A program made the position numbers and the translations under genes. A stretch of DNA of 64,000 nucleotides. Source: Kofleriaceae bacterium (GTDB lineage: Bacteria; Myxococcota_A; Polyangia; Haliangiales; Haliangiaceae). Numbering within the stretch: position 1 is the first letter of the stretch; each line of letters begins with the position of its first letter. A model generated the notes under the pieces. That model was not told the DNA's origin. It did no database searches and was given only the letters and a program-made list of their open reading frames with translations. Location of the stretch: positions 108-64,107 of the forward strand of contig JAGORH010000017.1 in NCBI GenBank assembly GCA_018062915.1, in the 5' to 3' direction. Shown piece by piece: positions 20,501 to 28,927 of this stretch.

Positions 20501-21871
20501 CTCGCGCCGTCGTCGTTCCTCCTCGACGCGGCGTGTGTCCTGACCGGTGGGTTCGCGTTCTTCGTCTGGTCGGGCCCGAGCCCTCACGCCGGGGACTTCG
20601 TCTTGACCCTGGGCGGCTACACCGCCGGCTTCGTCCCGCCCAGCTACTACCCGACGCCGCCGCCGGTCGGCTTCCACTGGACCGTCGACGACACGATCAC
20701 GCTCAGCGGCGGGGCGTACCTGGCGATCACGCCGGCGGTGTTCATGGCCGGCGGGCGCCTCGACGCTACCTATCAGTCGCAGTCGGGCGCGACCCGGGCC
20801 TGGTTCGACGCCGCGGTCGACGTCGTCTTGCGGTGGAAGCCGTTCTGGGTCGAGGCCGATCTCGGCATCACCGTCGGCGCTTCGCATCGCCTGAACCTGG
20901 CGGTCACGACGACCACGATCACCGTCGAGCTGGGCTGTCAGCTCACGGTGTGGGGCCCGCCGACCGGCGGCACCGTCGAGCTCGACTGGTGGGTCGTGAA
21001 GTTCACGATCGCGTTTGGCACGCCGCGCCCGACGACGCCGGCCATCGGCGGCTGGGACGATCTGCTGGCGCTCCTGCCGAGCGCCGCGGGCGCCGCGGGC
21101 GCCGCGCCGACGCCCTTGACCGTGACGCCAGTGGCGGGGCTCCTCAACCCGACCACCGCGCCGTCGACGACCGCCGACGCCACCGCGACCGCCTCCGCCG
21201 CGCCGTGGTTCGCCAGCGCCAGCCAGTTCGCGTTCGCGACCGCGAGCGCGATCCCGGCCACGACCGCCGCGGTCGGCGCGACCCAGCTCACCGGCCCGGC
21301 GAGCTTCGACGTGTTCCCGCTCGGCTGGACCGCGGTCACCGCCAGCCACCAGGTCACGATCGTCGGCGAGGCCGGCGACGCGTCGGGCGCGTTCACCGTG
21401 GCGCCGTCGATGGCCGCGGTGCCGGTGGCGCTGTGGGGCGCGCCCGCGGTCGACGCCGACGGTCGGCCTCTGGTGCCGGGCAGCGGCGACCAGCTCGTGC
21501 CCGGGCAGCTCGTCGGCCTGGTGATCACGGCGCGCCCGCCGGTCCTCGGCGCCTCGGTCGGCGCGATCGCGGTCGCGAGTCAGCTCGCGACCGAGCCGCT
21601 CGACGACGCCGGCGCGATCCAGCCGCTGTCGGCGACCGCCCCGCCGAGCGGCGACGTCGCGGTGGCCGACCCGACCCTGCTCGCCACCATGGCGGATCCC
21701 GACGTCGGGATCGCGTCGGTCGCGGCGCAAGACGCGCGGCGGGCCAGCCTGGCCGCGTTGGCGAGCCTCGGCTACGCGCCGCTCGCCGCCAGCGATCCGA
21801 TGACGCGCTTCGCGGCGCACCTCGACTGCGCCTTCGTCACGGCTCCGCTGTGGGTCCCGGGTTCGCCATGA
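17537..21871 (+). CDS. giant-protein operon gene 2: ~1444 aa low-complexity (A/T/G/L/V-rich) protein, unknown function
   Basis: In-frame GTG overlapping the upstream stop (GTGA). No signal peptide. Very low charged-residue content and long beta-rich segments. Stop overlaps the next start (ATGA). Reverse ORFs 17507..18946 and 19175..21913 rejected. Confidence 0.7.
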   Translation: MTAGPPTTAVASPISDLAGVTAWLETVAVGDVVAVGSSQFAAPLVAAVFALLPDGDPSTVTVTAVDAAAATLRGTGDLVGVDGSTACFTWSTAGSALALTLEIALPPTTEWDLVEALKVTFHDLVGTFTPNPTANTVGLRFKAKLKVGDLKAFPVEFVVPSLDTDWTLLAEPGSLGALDGDALTALAGGHDPLAILGGQFDLADLSLTRVEMALRPPTALTMVGLGLAYAPPSPWTLFGGRFQIDEVSFDVRVFQPFTTPTLQAELTATMSLPGIDLTFDVGGVYPDQLLFAGLPPGQQLDLTAAMTALGATLPAGFPTISLDTLLFKFWVVAEKVTFEIGIAQPFAIIGELELDAFFFDLQVDWSGATPSVVGLLTTTVGFGTTRLTLAGSYDAGGLSLSGGLTDVDLGALVTALAAKFTWTAPAALTNLELASLTVALTTGAAASFDFTLVGSTTVAGVAASLSVVVHQAFDAQANRWDGTATGTLTVGALTFTVTFDDGPGVERLTATYVGDDLGLDDVIAAFGLAALPPIPPALDLALTSAGLVYDFTTGELGLFAQSARYGALALASPMIAGARQYLVVLATDVTVALADLPLIGADLARIEAITVDDLVVTATSLPSIPPTAVAPFAAVLALLPAGTPAVPAAGVPAPLVVQATVHFGTQALPLAVSLGAPLAPSSTGARALATAGASAGPVTAATSADGATWYTVEQAFGPVTLGQIGVAYQSTTQSVWFELDASLALGPLAVALTGLGIGSPLESFAPQFTLGGLTVDYQTGPLTIAGTLVNLQPPGAPGLAFAGGLTLGADELTLTAFGYYGDGAGFPSLFVFADLAYDLGGPPALFVTGLALGFGYNSALAAPTLAQVPTFPLLAALDGASPLGPTTPPLQALDALLTAPPGGGPAWVTATPGALWLAAGVTFTSFGLVASRVMLVVELGAALAIEVLGTSTAQFPQPGDGDVRYAFVELELLAQLDPAAGVFSVQAQLAPSSFLLDAACVLTGGFAFFVWSGPSPHAGDFVLTLGGYTAGFVPPSYYPTPPPVGFHWTVDDTITLSGGAYLAITPAVFMAGGRLDATYQSQSGATRAWFDAAVDVVLRWKPFWVEADLGITVGASHRLNLAVTTTTITVELGCQLTVWGPPTGGTVELDWWVVKFTIAFGTPRPTTPAIGGWDDLLALLPSAAGAAGAAPTPLTVTPVAGLLNPTTAPSTTADATATASAAPWFASASQFAFATASAIPATTAAVGATQLTGPASFDVFPLGWTAVTASHQVTIVGEAGDASGAFTVAPSMAAVPVALWGAPAVDADGRPLVPGSGDQLVPGQLVGLVITARPPVLGASVGAIAVASQLATEPLDDAGAIQPLSATAPPSGDVAVADPTLLATMADPDVGIASVAAQDARRASLAALASLGYAPLAASDPMTRFAAHLDCAFVTAPLWVPGSP

Positions 21872-24414
21872 CCAAGCTGCCGCGCCTCGCCTTCGCCCGC
21901 CTGACCGCGCCACCGCCGGCCGACACGCTGGCGTTCTTCGACGGCTACTTCTCGCCCCTCGGCCCCGACACCTACACGATCACGGTGACCCACGCGGTCG
22001 ACAACGATCAGGCGACGCCGGTGTCGGTCACCCAGCAGGTGACGATCACCGCGCCGGAGTTCTCGATCGACGCCGGGTTGATCTCCAGCGTGTACCCGCC
22101 GATCGGCGCGGTCGGGGCCTACGGCGACGACCTGCCGTACGTCGTCGTGGCCGATCCGGCCCTGCCGTGGGAGCGATCGGTGACGCCGGGCCAGGCGCCC
22201 AGCACCGCGTCGGCGCCGCTGCCGTGGCTGGCGCTGGCGGTGTTCACCGACGACGAGGTGGTGTTGGCGCCGGGGACCTCGAGCCCGGTGGTCACGACCA
22301 CGGTCGGCGCGCTGCTCACGCCCGACCCGGCGATCCAGAAGCCAGTCGGCATCACCGTCGATGACGCGGTCGCGGCGTCGCAGTGCGCCACGATCATCGT
22401 GACCGGCGCCGCCTTCACCGCGGTGTTGCCGCTCACCACCGAGCTGCCGCTGGTTGCTCACGGCCAGGCCGATCAGACCACGGCGCCGCCGACCCTGGTG
22501 TCGGTGGTGATCGCCAACCGCCTCGCGGTCGCGCCCACCGGGCCGGTCCGCTACCACGCCCACCTGGTGTCCCTCGAGGGTCTGGCCGGCTTCCTCGGGC
22601 CCAACGCCACGCCGCTGCCGACGCAACCCGGGTCGGACGCGCTGGTCGAGGTCCAGCTCGTCTCGCTGTTCGGCTGGACCTTCACGTCGACCCCGGCCGC
22701 CGGGCTGGACTTCGCGCAGCTCGCGGCCGGGCTGGTGTCGAGCGAGGTCGCGACGCCGGTCCTGGCGTTGCCGGTCCCGAGCGACGCCGACCTGCCGGCC
22801 GAGGTCGCGGCGCGGCTGAGCCAGGGCTTCGTGCCGATGGCGGCGGTGATCGGCGACGGCGATCGCAGCTACGCCTGGTATCGCGGCCCGCTGACCGCGG
22901 CGGTGCCGCAGCCGGTCGCCGCGGTGGGCTCGCCGCCGGTGCCGGTGGCCCAGGCAAGTTCGGCCGACGCCCTGACGATCTACCTCGGCGCCGAGGGCGT
23001 GTTCGACCAGAGCTACGCCGCGGCGTGGAACCTCGGGCGTAACCTGGCCCTGGCCGACGGCGTGTTCGCGGACGCGATCGTCGCCGCCCGGTGCGCGACC
23101 CGGACCGCGCTCGGGACCCTGGCCCGGCGTCGAGCGCTGGCGGCGCTGGCCGAGAGCGACGACCCCGCCGCGGACCTGGCCCCGGCCGCGGTGTCGCGGG
23201 CGGCCGCGCTGCAGGTCGGGGGCCTGGGCCAGGCCTGGACCGCGATGCTCGGCGAGGCGGTCGCCGCGGGACGTCCGGAAACCGGACAGCGCGGTCGGGG
23301 CCGGTCGGGGCGACGGTCGCGCCCCGATCCCCGCGCGGCCCTGGCCAGCCCCGGCGTCGCGGCGGCGCTGGCGGCAGCGGCGGAGGCTCCGCTCGCGACG
23401 GTCGCCGCCTGGCTGGCCCGGTTGGCTCGCCTCGAGTCGATCCCCTTCGACCACCTGGTGCCCGACCTGCGCATGCTGCCGCCGGAGTCGATCCGGTTCG
23501 CCTACGTCGACCCGACCTGGCTGGCCGCCGCCAGCGCCGGCGCCACCAGCCTGGCCTTGCACGGGACCGCCGATCGCGCGATCCAGGCCGCCCTCGCACC
23601 GTGGCTCGCGGCCCAGGTCGCGGCGGCGCGCGCGACCGCGCCCCCGGTGGCCGCGGTGCTGATCCGCTCGCAGATGATCACGGCGTGGCCGGGGCTGGTG
23701 ATCACCGCTAGCGCCGCCGGCGCGCCGGTGGCCGTGGTGCGCGATGACGTCCTCGCGCCCGGGGTGCGGCTGGTCTTGTTCGCGGCGGTGCCCGACACCG
23801 TGAGCCTGGCCCAGCCGTACCGCGGGCTGCGCTTCGGCGTCGAGGACGGCGGTCAGCTCGCGCCGCGCGTGGTGAACGATCCGGCGACCACCGGGGCGCT
23901 GATCGCGGGGGCCGTTCCGGTGACCGTGCCGCTGCGGACCCCGGCGACCGGCGCCACCGGGGGCGTCCTCGATCTGGCGTCGCTGATCCCGTCGCTCGTC
24001 GCCGCGACCGGCGTGGTCGGCTTCGCCAGCGACGCGACCGTGACCTGGAATGGCGCCGCGCTCGCGGTGCAGGTGGTGAGCGCGACCGAGCTGATCGCGA
24101 CGGTGCCGGCGGCGTCGCTGGCCACCGCGGGCACCGCCACCGTGCAGGTCACGACCGGCGGGATCACCTCGGCGGCGTGGCCCTTCACGATCACCGACCC
24201 GGCGGCCGGTCCCGCCGCGGTGGCGCGGCCGCCACGCTCGAGCGTCGACGCCGCCGCGACCACGGCGCCGATCGTCGGTCTGGTGCCGACCAGCGCCCCC
24301 GCCGGCAGTCCCGATCTCGCGCTCGCGATCCTCGGCGGCTTCGGTCCGGGCGCGCTGGCCCTGCAGCTCGTGATCGCGCCCGAGCGCCAGGACTTTCTCC
24401 CGGAGGCGCCATGA
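21868..24414 (+). CDS. giant-protein operon gene 3: ~848 aa protein with C-terminal IPT/TIG-like domain
   Basis: ATG overlapping the upstream stop (ATGA). 'TVTWNGAALAVQVVSATELIATVPAASLATAGTATVQVTTGGITSAAWPFTI' resembles an IPT/TIG Ig-like fold. No signal peptide. Confidence 0.7.
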   Translation: MTKLPRLAFARLTAPPPADTLAFFDGYFSPLGPDTYTITVTHAVDNDQATPVSVTQQVTITAPEFSIDAGLISSVYPPIGAVGAYGDDLPYVVVADPALPWERSVTPGQAPSTASAPLPWLALAVFTDDEVVLAPGTSSPVVTTTVGALLTPDPAIQKPVGITVDDAVAASQCATIIVTGAAFTAVLPLTTELPLVAHGQADQTTAPPTLVSVVIANRLAVAPTGPVRYHAHLVSLEGLAGFLGPNATPLPTQPGSDALVEVQLVSLFGWTFTSTPAAGLDFAQLAAGLVSSEVATPVLALPVPSDADLPAEVAARLSQGFVPMAAVIGDGDRSYAWYRGPLTAAVPQPVAAVGSPPVPVAQASSADALTIYLGAEGVFDQSYAAAWNLGRNLALADGVFADAIVAARCATRTALGTLARRRALAALAESDDPAADLAPAAVSRAAALQVGGLGQAWTAMLGEAVAAGRPETGQRGRGRSGRRSRPDPRAALASPGVAAALAAAAEAPLATVAAWLARLARLESIPFDHLVPDLRMLPPESIRFAYVDPTWLAAASAGATSLALHGTADRAIQAALAPWLAAQVAAARATAPPVAAVLIRSQMITAWPGLVITASAAGAPVAVVRDDVLAPGVRLVLFAAVPDTVSLAQPYRGLRFGVEDGGQLAPRVVNDPATTGALIAGAVPVTVPLRTPATGATGGVLDLASLIPSLVAATGVVGFASDATVTWNGAALAVQVVSATELIATVPAASLATAGTATVQVTTGGITSAAWPFTITDPAAGPAAVARPPRSSVDAAATTAPIVGLVPTSAPAGSPDLALAILGGFGPGALALQLVIAPERQDFLPEAP

Positions 24415-27400
24415 GTGACGCGAGCCCGCTCCTGGTACCGATCACCTGCGAAGCGCTGGTCGTGAACGATCTGGTCCGCACCGGCGAGCGCTGGCTGCGC
24501 CTGACGATGGCGTACGCCGACTTGACCAACCCGCCGGGGACCGCGACGCCGCGCGATCCGTCGCAGGCCGACCCGCTGTTCACGGCGCAACCTGGCACCG
24601 ACGTCGCGCCCGGGATCACGTCGAGCCAGTTCTACAATGGCGTCTATCTGAAGTGGCGCCTGCCGCCGGCGCTGTTGCGCGGCGCCGTCGACAACCGCAC
24701 CGGTGAGACCCGCTTCCCGCCCATGCCCAACCGATGGCTGGTCGTGCGGCTCGGCGGCGTCGACCCCGCGAACCGCACCGCGGCCGCGTGGATCATCGAG
24801 AGCGACTTCGTCAACCCGCAGGGGTTCGCGGCGACCACCTCGTCGGGGCGGAGCGCGCCCTACGTCGTGGGCGGCGACGCTGACCCGACCTCGATCGCGA
24901 TCGGGCGCAACGTCGCCCTGGGCGCGTGGACCGAGCCCGGCACCAGCTTGCGCCTGACCGCGATGGCGCCCGGCAACCCGGCCTTCGCGTGGTCGCAGCC
25001 GAGCTGCAACAACGTCCTGTCGTTCATCGATCCGCTGGGCGCCGGCGCGGCTCCCGATCAGCCCCTGAGCTACCTCGTCGTCGGGTGGTACTCGGATCCG
25101 GCCGACGATCCGCTGGCCGGCGCCAAGGACTTCGACCGTCGCCTGCACGACCTCGGCTGGCGGCGCGCCGCCGGCGGCGATCCCACCGCTACTGCGAGCT
25201 GGAGCCTCTTGGTCGGCGTGGCGACCACGGTGGGCTGGACCTCCGGCGCGGTCGACGGTGGGGCGCCCGAGGGACCGGTCGCGATCGCGGTCGGGCGCTC
25301 GTCGGCCGAGGCGCTGACCGCGCTGATCGCCGGCCAGGCCGGCGGTGACCGCCATGTCGACCCCGAGCTGCTCGAGGCGTTCCAGCTCGGCGCCTTCGAC
25401 CTGTTCGATCGCCCCGACGGCGCCGCGCTCCTGGCCGAGCAGGTCGAGCGCCACGGCTTCGCCCGGGTGACCGGCGGCTACCACTGGGAGCTGGTCGACG
25501 CGCCTAGCCTGCTGCCCGAGGCGGGCCGGGCGGCGACCGGCGACGCGATCGGCGACGCGACCGGCGACGCGGTGCTGGCGACGCTCAACCAGGCCCAGGC
25601 CGCCCTCGATGCCGCGGTCCTGACGCTGCACGCGCTAGAGCGCCAGCTCTACGTCCTGTGGTGGAAGCTGCAGAACTTCCCGTGGGTCAGCTCGCCGCCG
25701 CCGCCGCCGGCGATCGACGGGCTGGGCGATGACCAGCGGCTGCGCGCCGAGCTCGATCCGCGCCGCCCGGGTTCGGTCGCGGCCGCCGTCGTGGCCCAGC
25801 TCGACCTGGTGGCCCAGCTGGCCGCCGCGGTCCCGACCGGCGCGACCCCGCTCGAGCTGGCCGACGCGATCGCGGCCTACGCCGCGGCCCATGGCGTGCC
25901 GGCCGGCCGCGAGCTCCGGCGCTCGGCGGCCGGGGCCTTCCTGCGCCCAGCCGATCCCGTGGTCTTGCTCGCCGGGGCGGGCGCCGGCGGACTGGTCGCG
26001 CCGCCGCCACAGCAGGACGTCCGGTTTCCGGACCAGGTGATCACTGGCTTCGTGTTCGCGGGCCAGGACGTGTCGGCGGCGACCGCCGGCCTGACGATCC
26101 CGCAGGCCGACCTGTCAGGCGTGGGCGGCGCGCCGTGGACGACCGACCTGGTGGCCGCGCTCACCACCGAGCTGTTCTTCCTCGATCCGACCAGCGCGAC
26201 CGCGATCGCAGCCGCCCTCGGCTCGTCGGACGTCGCGGCCATCGCCGCCGCCCTGGGCGCGCCCGACACCACCTACCTCGGCGGGGTGTTCCCGCGCGGC
26301 GGCGTCACCGCGTGGAACGGCAACCCCTGGCGGCCGCTGCAGCTCCTGTGGAGCGCGAGCTACGCGCCGCTGGCCTACGCCACCGCCGCTGGCCCGGCCT
26401 GGGAGTTCGTCGACGGCGCGTACCGGTGGACCGGCGATCCGGACAGCATCGGCGCGCCGCTGGCGCTGTCGGGGCTGGTCCAGCTCACGCCGGCCGCGGC
26501 GGTCAACCTGCGCGAACGGCTGCGCACCTTCGTGCGTCAGCGCCCCGATCTCCCGCCGGACCAGCGCCGCGACCTCGAGGCGCTGATCCGCACGATCGAC
26601 GACGACGACGGCTGGGAGCTCCTGTCCCAGGCCCTCGACGGCTGGAACCCGCAGCTCCAGCTCGGTCAGCCCGGGGCGTACCAGGCGCCGACCGGCGAGC
26701 TGGCGCGGCTGATCGGCGCGGCGGCGGCGTACCCGCCGACCCTCGGCGACATCCCGACCGTGGTCGCGCCCGATCCGCCGACCGGCTTCCAGCCCTGGCG
26801 GGCCGGTCAGTTCGAGCTGACCTCGCTGGCGGTCATCGACGAGTGGGGCCAGACGCTGTGGCCGATCAACAGCAGCACCGCGACCACGACCTCGCTGTTC
26901 GTGCCGCCGGAGCTGATGGCGGTCCAGCGCACCGCGCCGGCGCTCTTGCCGGTGGTCGCGACGGTGACGCTGGCCGCGATCGCACCCGCGGCCGTGACGG
27001 TCGGCGGCGGTGACCTGGTCGTCACCGCGACCGGGGCGGGCTTCGATCGCTCGGCGACCTTGCGCTGGGACGGCGGCGCCCTGGCCACGACCTTCGTCGA
27101 TGGCAGCACCGCCACCGCCGTGGTCCCGGCGCGGCTCCTGACCGCGGCGACCACCGCGACCTTGACCCTCGAGGTCACCGCTGGGACCTCGGCGCCGCTC
27201 AGCTTCGCGGTGGTGGCCGGGCCGGTGATCGCGGCGGTCGCGCCGCCCCGCTTCGAGCTGGGCGCGGTCACCGGCGACGCGGTGACCCTGACCGTCCTCG
27301 GCAGCGGCTTCGGCGCCGACGCGGTGGTGCGGTGGGGCGAGCGCGCGCTGGCGACCCAGGTGGTGAGCGCCGGCGAGCTGACCGCGCGGGTGCCGGCGCG

Positions 27401-28871
27401 GCTCCTGGCGCGCCCGGCCGCCGCTGCGATCACGGTGGCGACCGGTGGCCTGACCTCGGCGGCGGCGGCCCTCCCGGTGGCCGCGGGCGCGGCCATCACC
27501 GGCCTGTCGCCGCCCGCGGCGGTGGCCGGCAGCGGGGCCCTCACCCTCACCGTGACCGGGGTCGGCTTCGCATCGGATTCGACCGTGATGGTCGGCGGCG
27601 TCGCCTCGACCACGACCTTCGTCGACGAGACCGCGCTGACGGTCGCGGTGACCGCGGCCCAGCTCGCCGCGGTCGGCCCGGCCTCGGTGGTGGTGACCAC
27701 CGGGACCGCGGTCGATCCGACGACCGCCGCGACGCTGGTGCAGCTCCCGCCGGCGGCCTTGCAGCCGGCCCGCCTCGACGTTCGACTCCTCGCCAACGAC
27801 GACGACGGCGCCAGCGACGCCGCGGGGCCGCGGGTAGTGCGCGGCCTCCACCCGAGCGCCGACCCGATCCTCGGCTGGGTCTTGCCCGATCACCTCGGTC
27901 ACGGCCTGGCGCTCTACGACGGCGGCGGCCACGCGCTCGGAGCGCTGGCGGTCGGTCAGCCGGTGACCGGACCGGCGACGGTGTGCTTCACGCCGGCGCC
28001 CGAGGCTCGGCTGCGCAGCCTCGACGACCTCGCCAAGGCCATCCCGCACTTCGGCCCGTTCATCGCCGCGCTGGCCGCCACCGGTCCGACGACGTTCCAG
28101 GCGTTCCTGGCCGCGATCGACGAGACCTTGTGGTCGACCGCGCCCGCCGAGGCCCACCTCGACCGCAGCCTGGCCACGCTCATCGGTCGACCGCTGGCCT
28201 TCATGCGGGCCGAGCTCCAGCTCGTCCTCGACGGCCCGCCCGCGCTCGATCCGAGCTGGCAGTACACTTTCGCGCCGGCGCCCAACCCGCTCGCTGGGTT
28301 CGACTTCGCCGTCGAGCTGGGCGCCCTCGACCGCCTCGAGGACGGCCTGATCGGCTACTTCGTCGGCGACGACTTTCAGACCTTCAACATCGTGCCGGCG
28401 GCCGGCGCGACCGCCGACGGCTTCCTGCGGCCGATCGGCGCCGACGGCGTGTACCCGACGCTGCGCTTCGACGGCGTCACCACCCTGACCGTCGCGATGC
28501 TGGTCGACCCGCGGGCCGCGGTCCACGCCACCACCGCGATCCTGCCGGTCACCTCGGTCCGCCCGCCGGCGCGCCGGGTCGACGCCGCGCTCGCGCGCCT
28601 CGAGGTCGACGTCCCGATCCGCGGGCTCCTGGCCGCGGCCCGCCCGACCCGCCCGCCGCCGCCGGGGTTCACGCCGCCGTCGACGATCGTGATGCCGACC
28701 GCGCGGCGCGCCGGCACCTGGACCTGGGTCGAGCGCCTGGGCGATCGCACCACCGTCCACCCCATCGCGCCGCCAGCGTCGTCGCCCGCGGTGGCCCAGA
28801 CCGACCTCGCCCTGCGCACCGGCGTGTTGCGCCTGGCGCCGGCGACCGGCCGGCCGCCCCGTCGTTCGTGA
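24411..28871 (+). CDS. giant-protein operon gene 4: ~1486 aa protein with three tandem IPT/TIG-like domains
   Basis: ATGA overlap with gene 3. Three repeats of the 'xLxPxxAxxGxxxLTxxGxGFxxxxxVxxGxxAxxTxxVxxxxLTAxVPAxLL' pattern at ~aa 860-1110. No signal peptide. Reverse ORFs 26115..28760 and 23853..25631 rejected. Confidence 0.7.
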   Translation: MSDASPLLVPITCEALVVNDLVRTGERWLRLTMAYADLTNPPGTATPRDPSQADPLFTAQPGTDVAPGITSSQFYNGVYLKWRLPPALLRGAVDNRTGETRFPPMPNRWLVVRLGGVDPANRTAAAWIIESDFVNPQGFAATTSSGRSAPYVVGGDADPTSIAIGRNVALGAWTEPGTSLRLTAMAPGNPAFAWSQPSCNNVLSFIDPLGAGAAPDQPLSYLVVGWYSDPADDPLAGAKDFDRRLHDLGWRRAAGGDPTATASWSLLVGVATTVGWTSGAVDGGAPEGPVAIAVGRSSAEALTALIAGQAGGDRHVDPELLEAFQLGAFDLFDRPDGAALLAEQVERHGFARVTGGYHWELVDAPSLLPEAGRAATGDAIGDATGDAVLATLNQAQAALDAAVLTLHALERQLYVLWWKLQNFPWVSSPPPPPAIDGLGDDQRLRAELDPRRPGSVAAAVVAQLDLVAQLAAAVPTGATPLELADAIAAYAAAHGVPAGRELRRSAAGAFLRPADPVVLLAGAGAGGLVAPPPQQDVRFPDQVITGFVFAGQDVSAATAGLTIPQADLSGVGGAPWTTDLVAALTTELFFLDPTSATAIAAALGSSDVAAIAAALGAPDTTYLGGVFPRGGVTAWNGNPWRPLQLLWSASYAPLAYATAAGPAWEFVDGAYRWTGDPDSIGAPLALSGLVQLTPAAAVNLRERLRTFVRQRPDLPPDQRRDLEALIRTIDDDDGWELLSQALDGWNPQLQLGQPGAYQAPTGELARLIGAAAAYPPTLGDIPTVVAPDPPTGFQPWRAGQFELTSLAVIDEWGQTLWPINSSTATTTSLFVPPELMAVQRTAPALLPVVATVTLAAIAPAAVTVGGGDLVVTATGAGFDRSATLRWDGGALATTFVDGSTATAVVPARLLTAATTATLTLEVTAGTSAPLSFAVVAGPVIAAVAPPRFELGAVTGDAVTLTVLGSGFGADAVVRWGERALATQVVSAGELTARVPARLLARPAAAAITVATGGLTSAAAALPVAAGAAITGLSPPAAVAGSGALTLTVTGVGFASDSTVMVGGVASTTTFVDETALTVAVTAAQLAAVGPASVVVTTGTAVDPTTAATLVQLPPAALQPARLDVRLLANDDDGASDAAGPRVVRGLHPSADPILGWVLPDHLGHGLALYDGGGHALGALAVGQPVTGPATVCFTPAPEARLRSLDDLAKAIPHFGPFIAALAATGPTTFQAFLAAIDETLWSTAPAEAHLDRSLATLIGRPLAFMRAELQLVLDGPPALDPSWQYTFAPAPNPLAGFDFAVELGALDRLEDGLIGYFVGDDFQTFNIVPAAGATADGFLRPIGADGVYPTLRFDGVTTLTVAMLVDPRAAVHATTAILPVTSVRPPARRVDAALARLEVDVPIRGLLAAARPTRPPPPGFTPPSTIVMPTARRAGTWTWVERLGDRTTVHPIAPPASSPAVAQTDLALRTGVLRLAPATGRPPRRS

Positions 28872-28927
28872 TCCGTGGCCGCGCGGTCATCGCCGCGCGC
28901 CGTCCGTCGCCTCACGCCAGGAGCCCC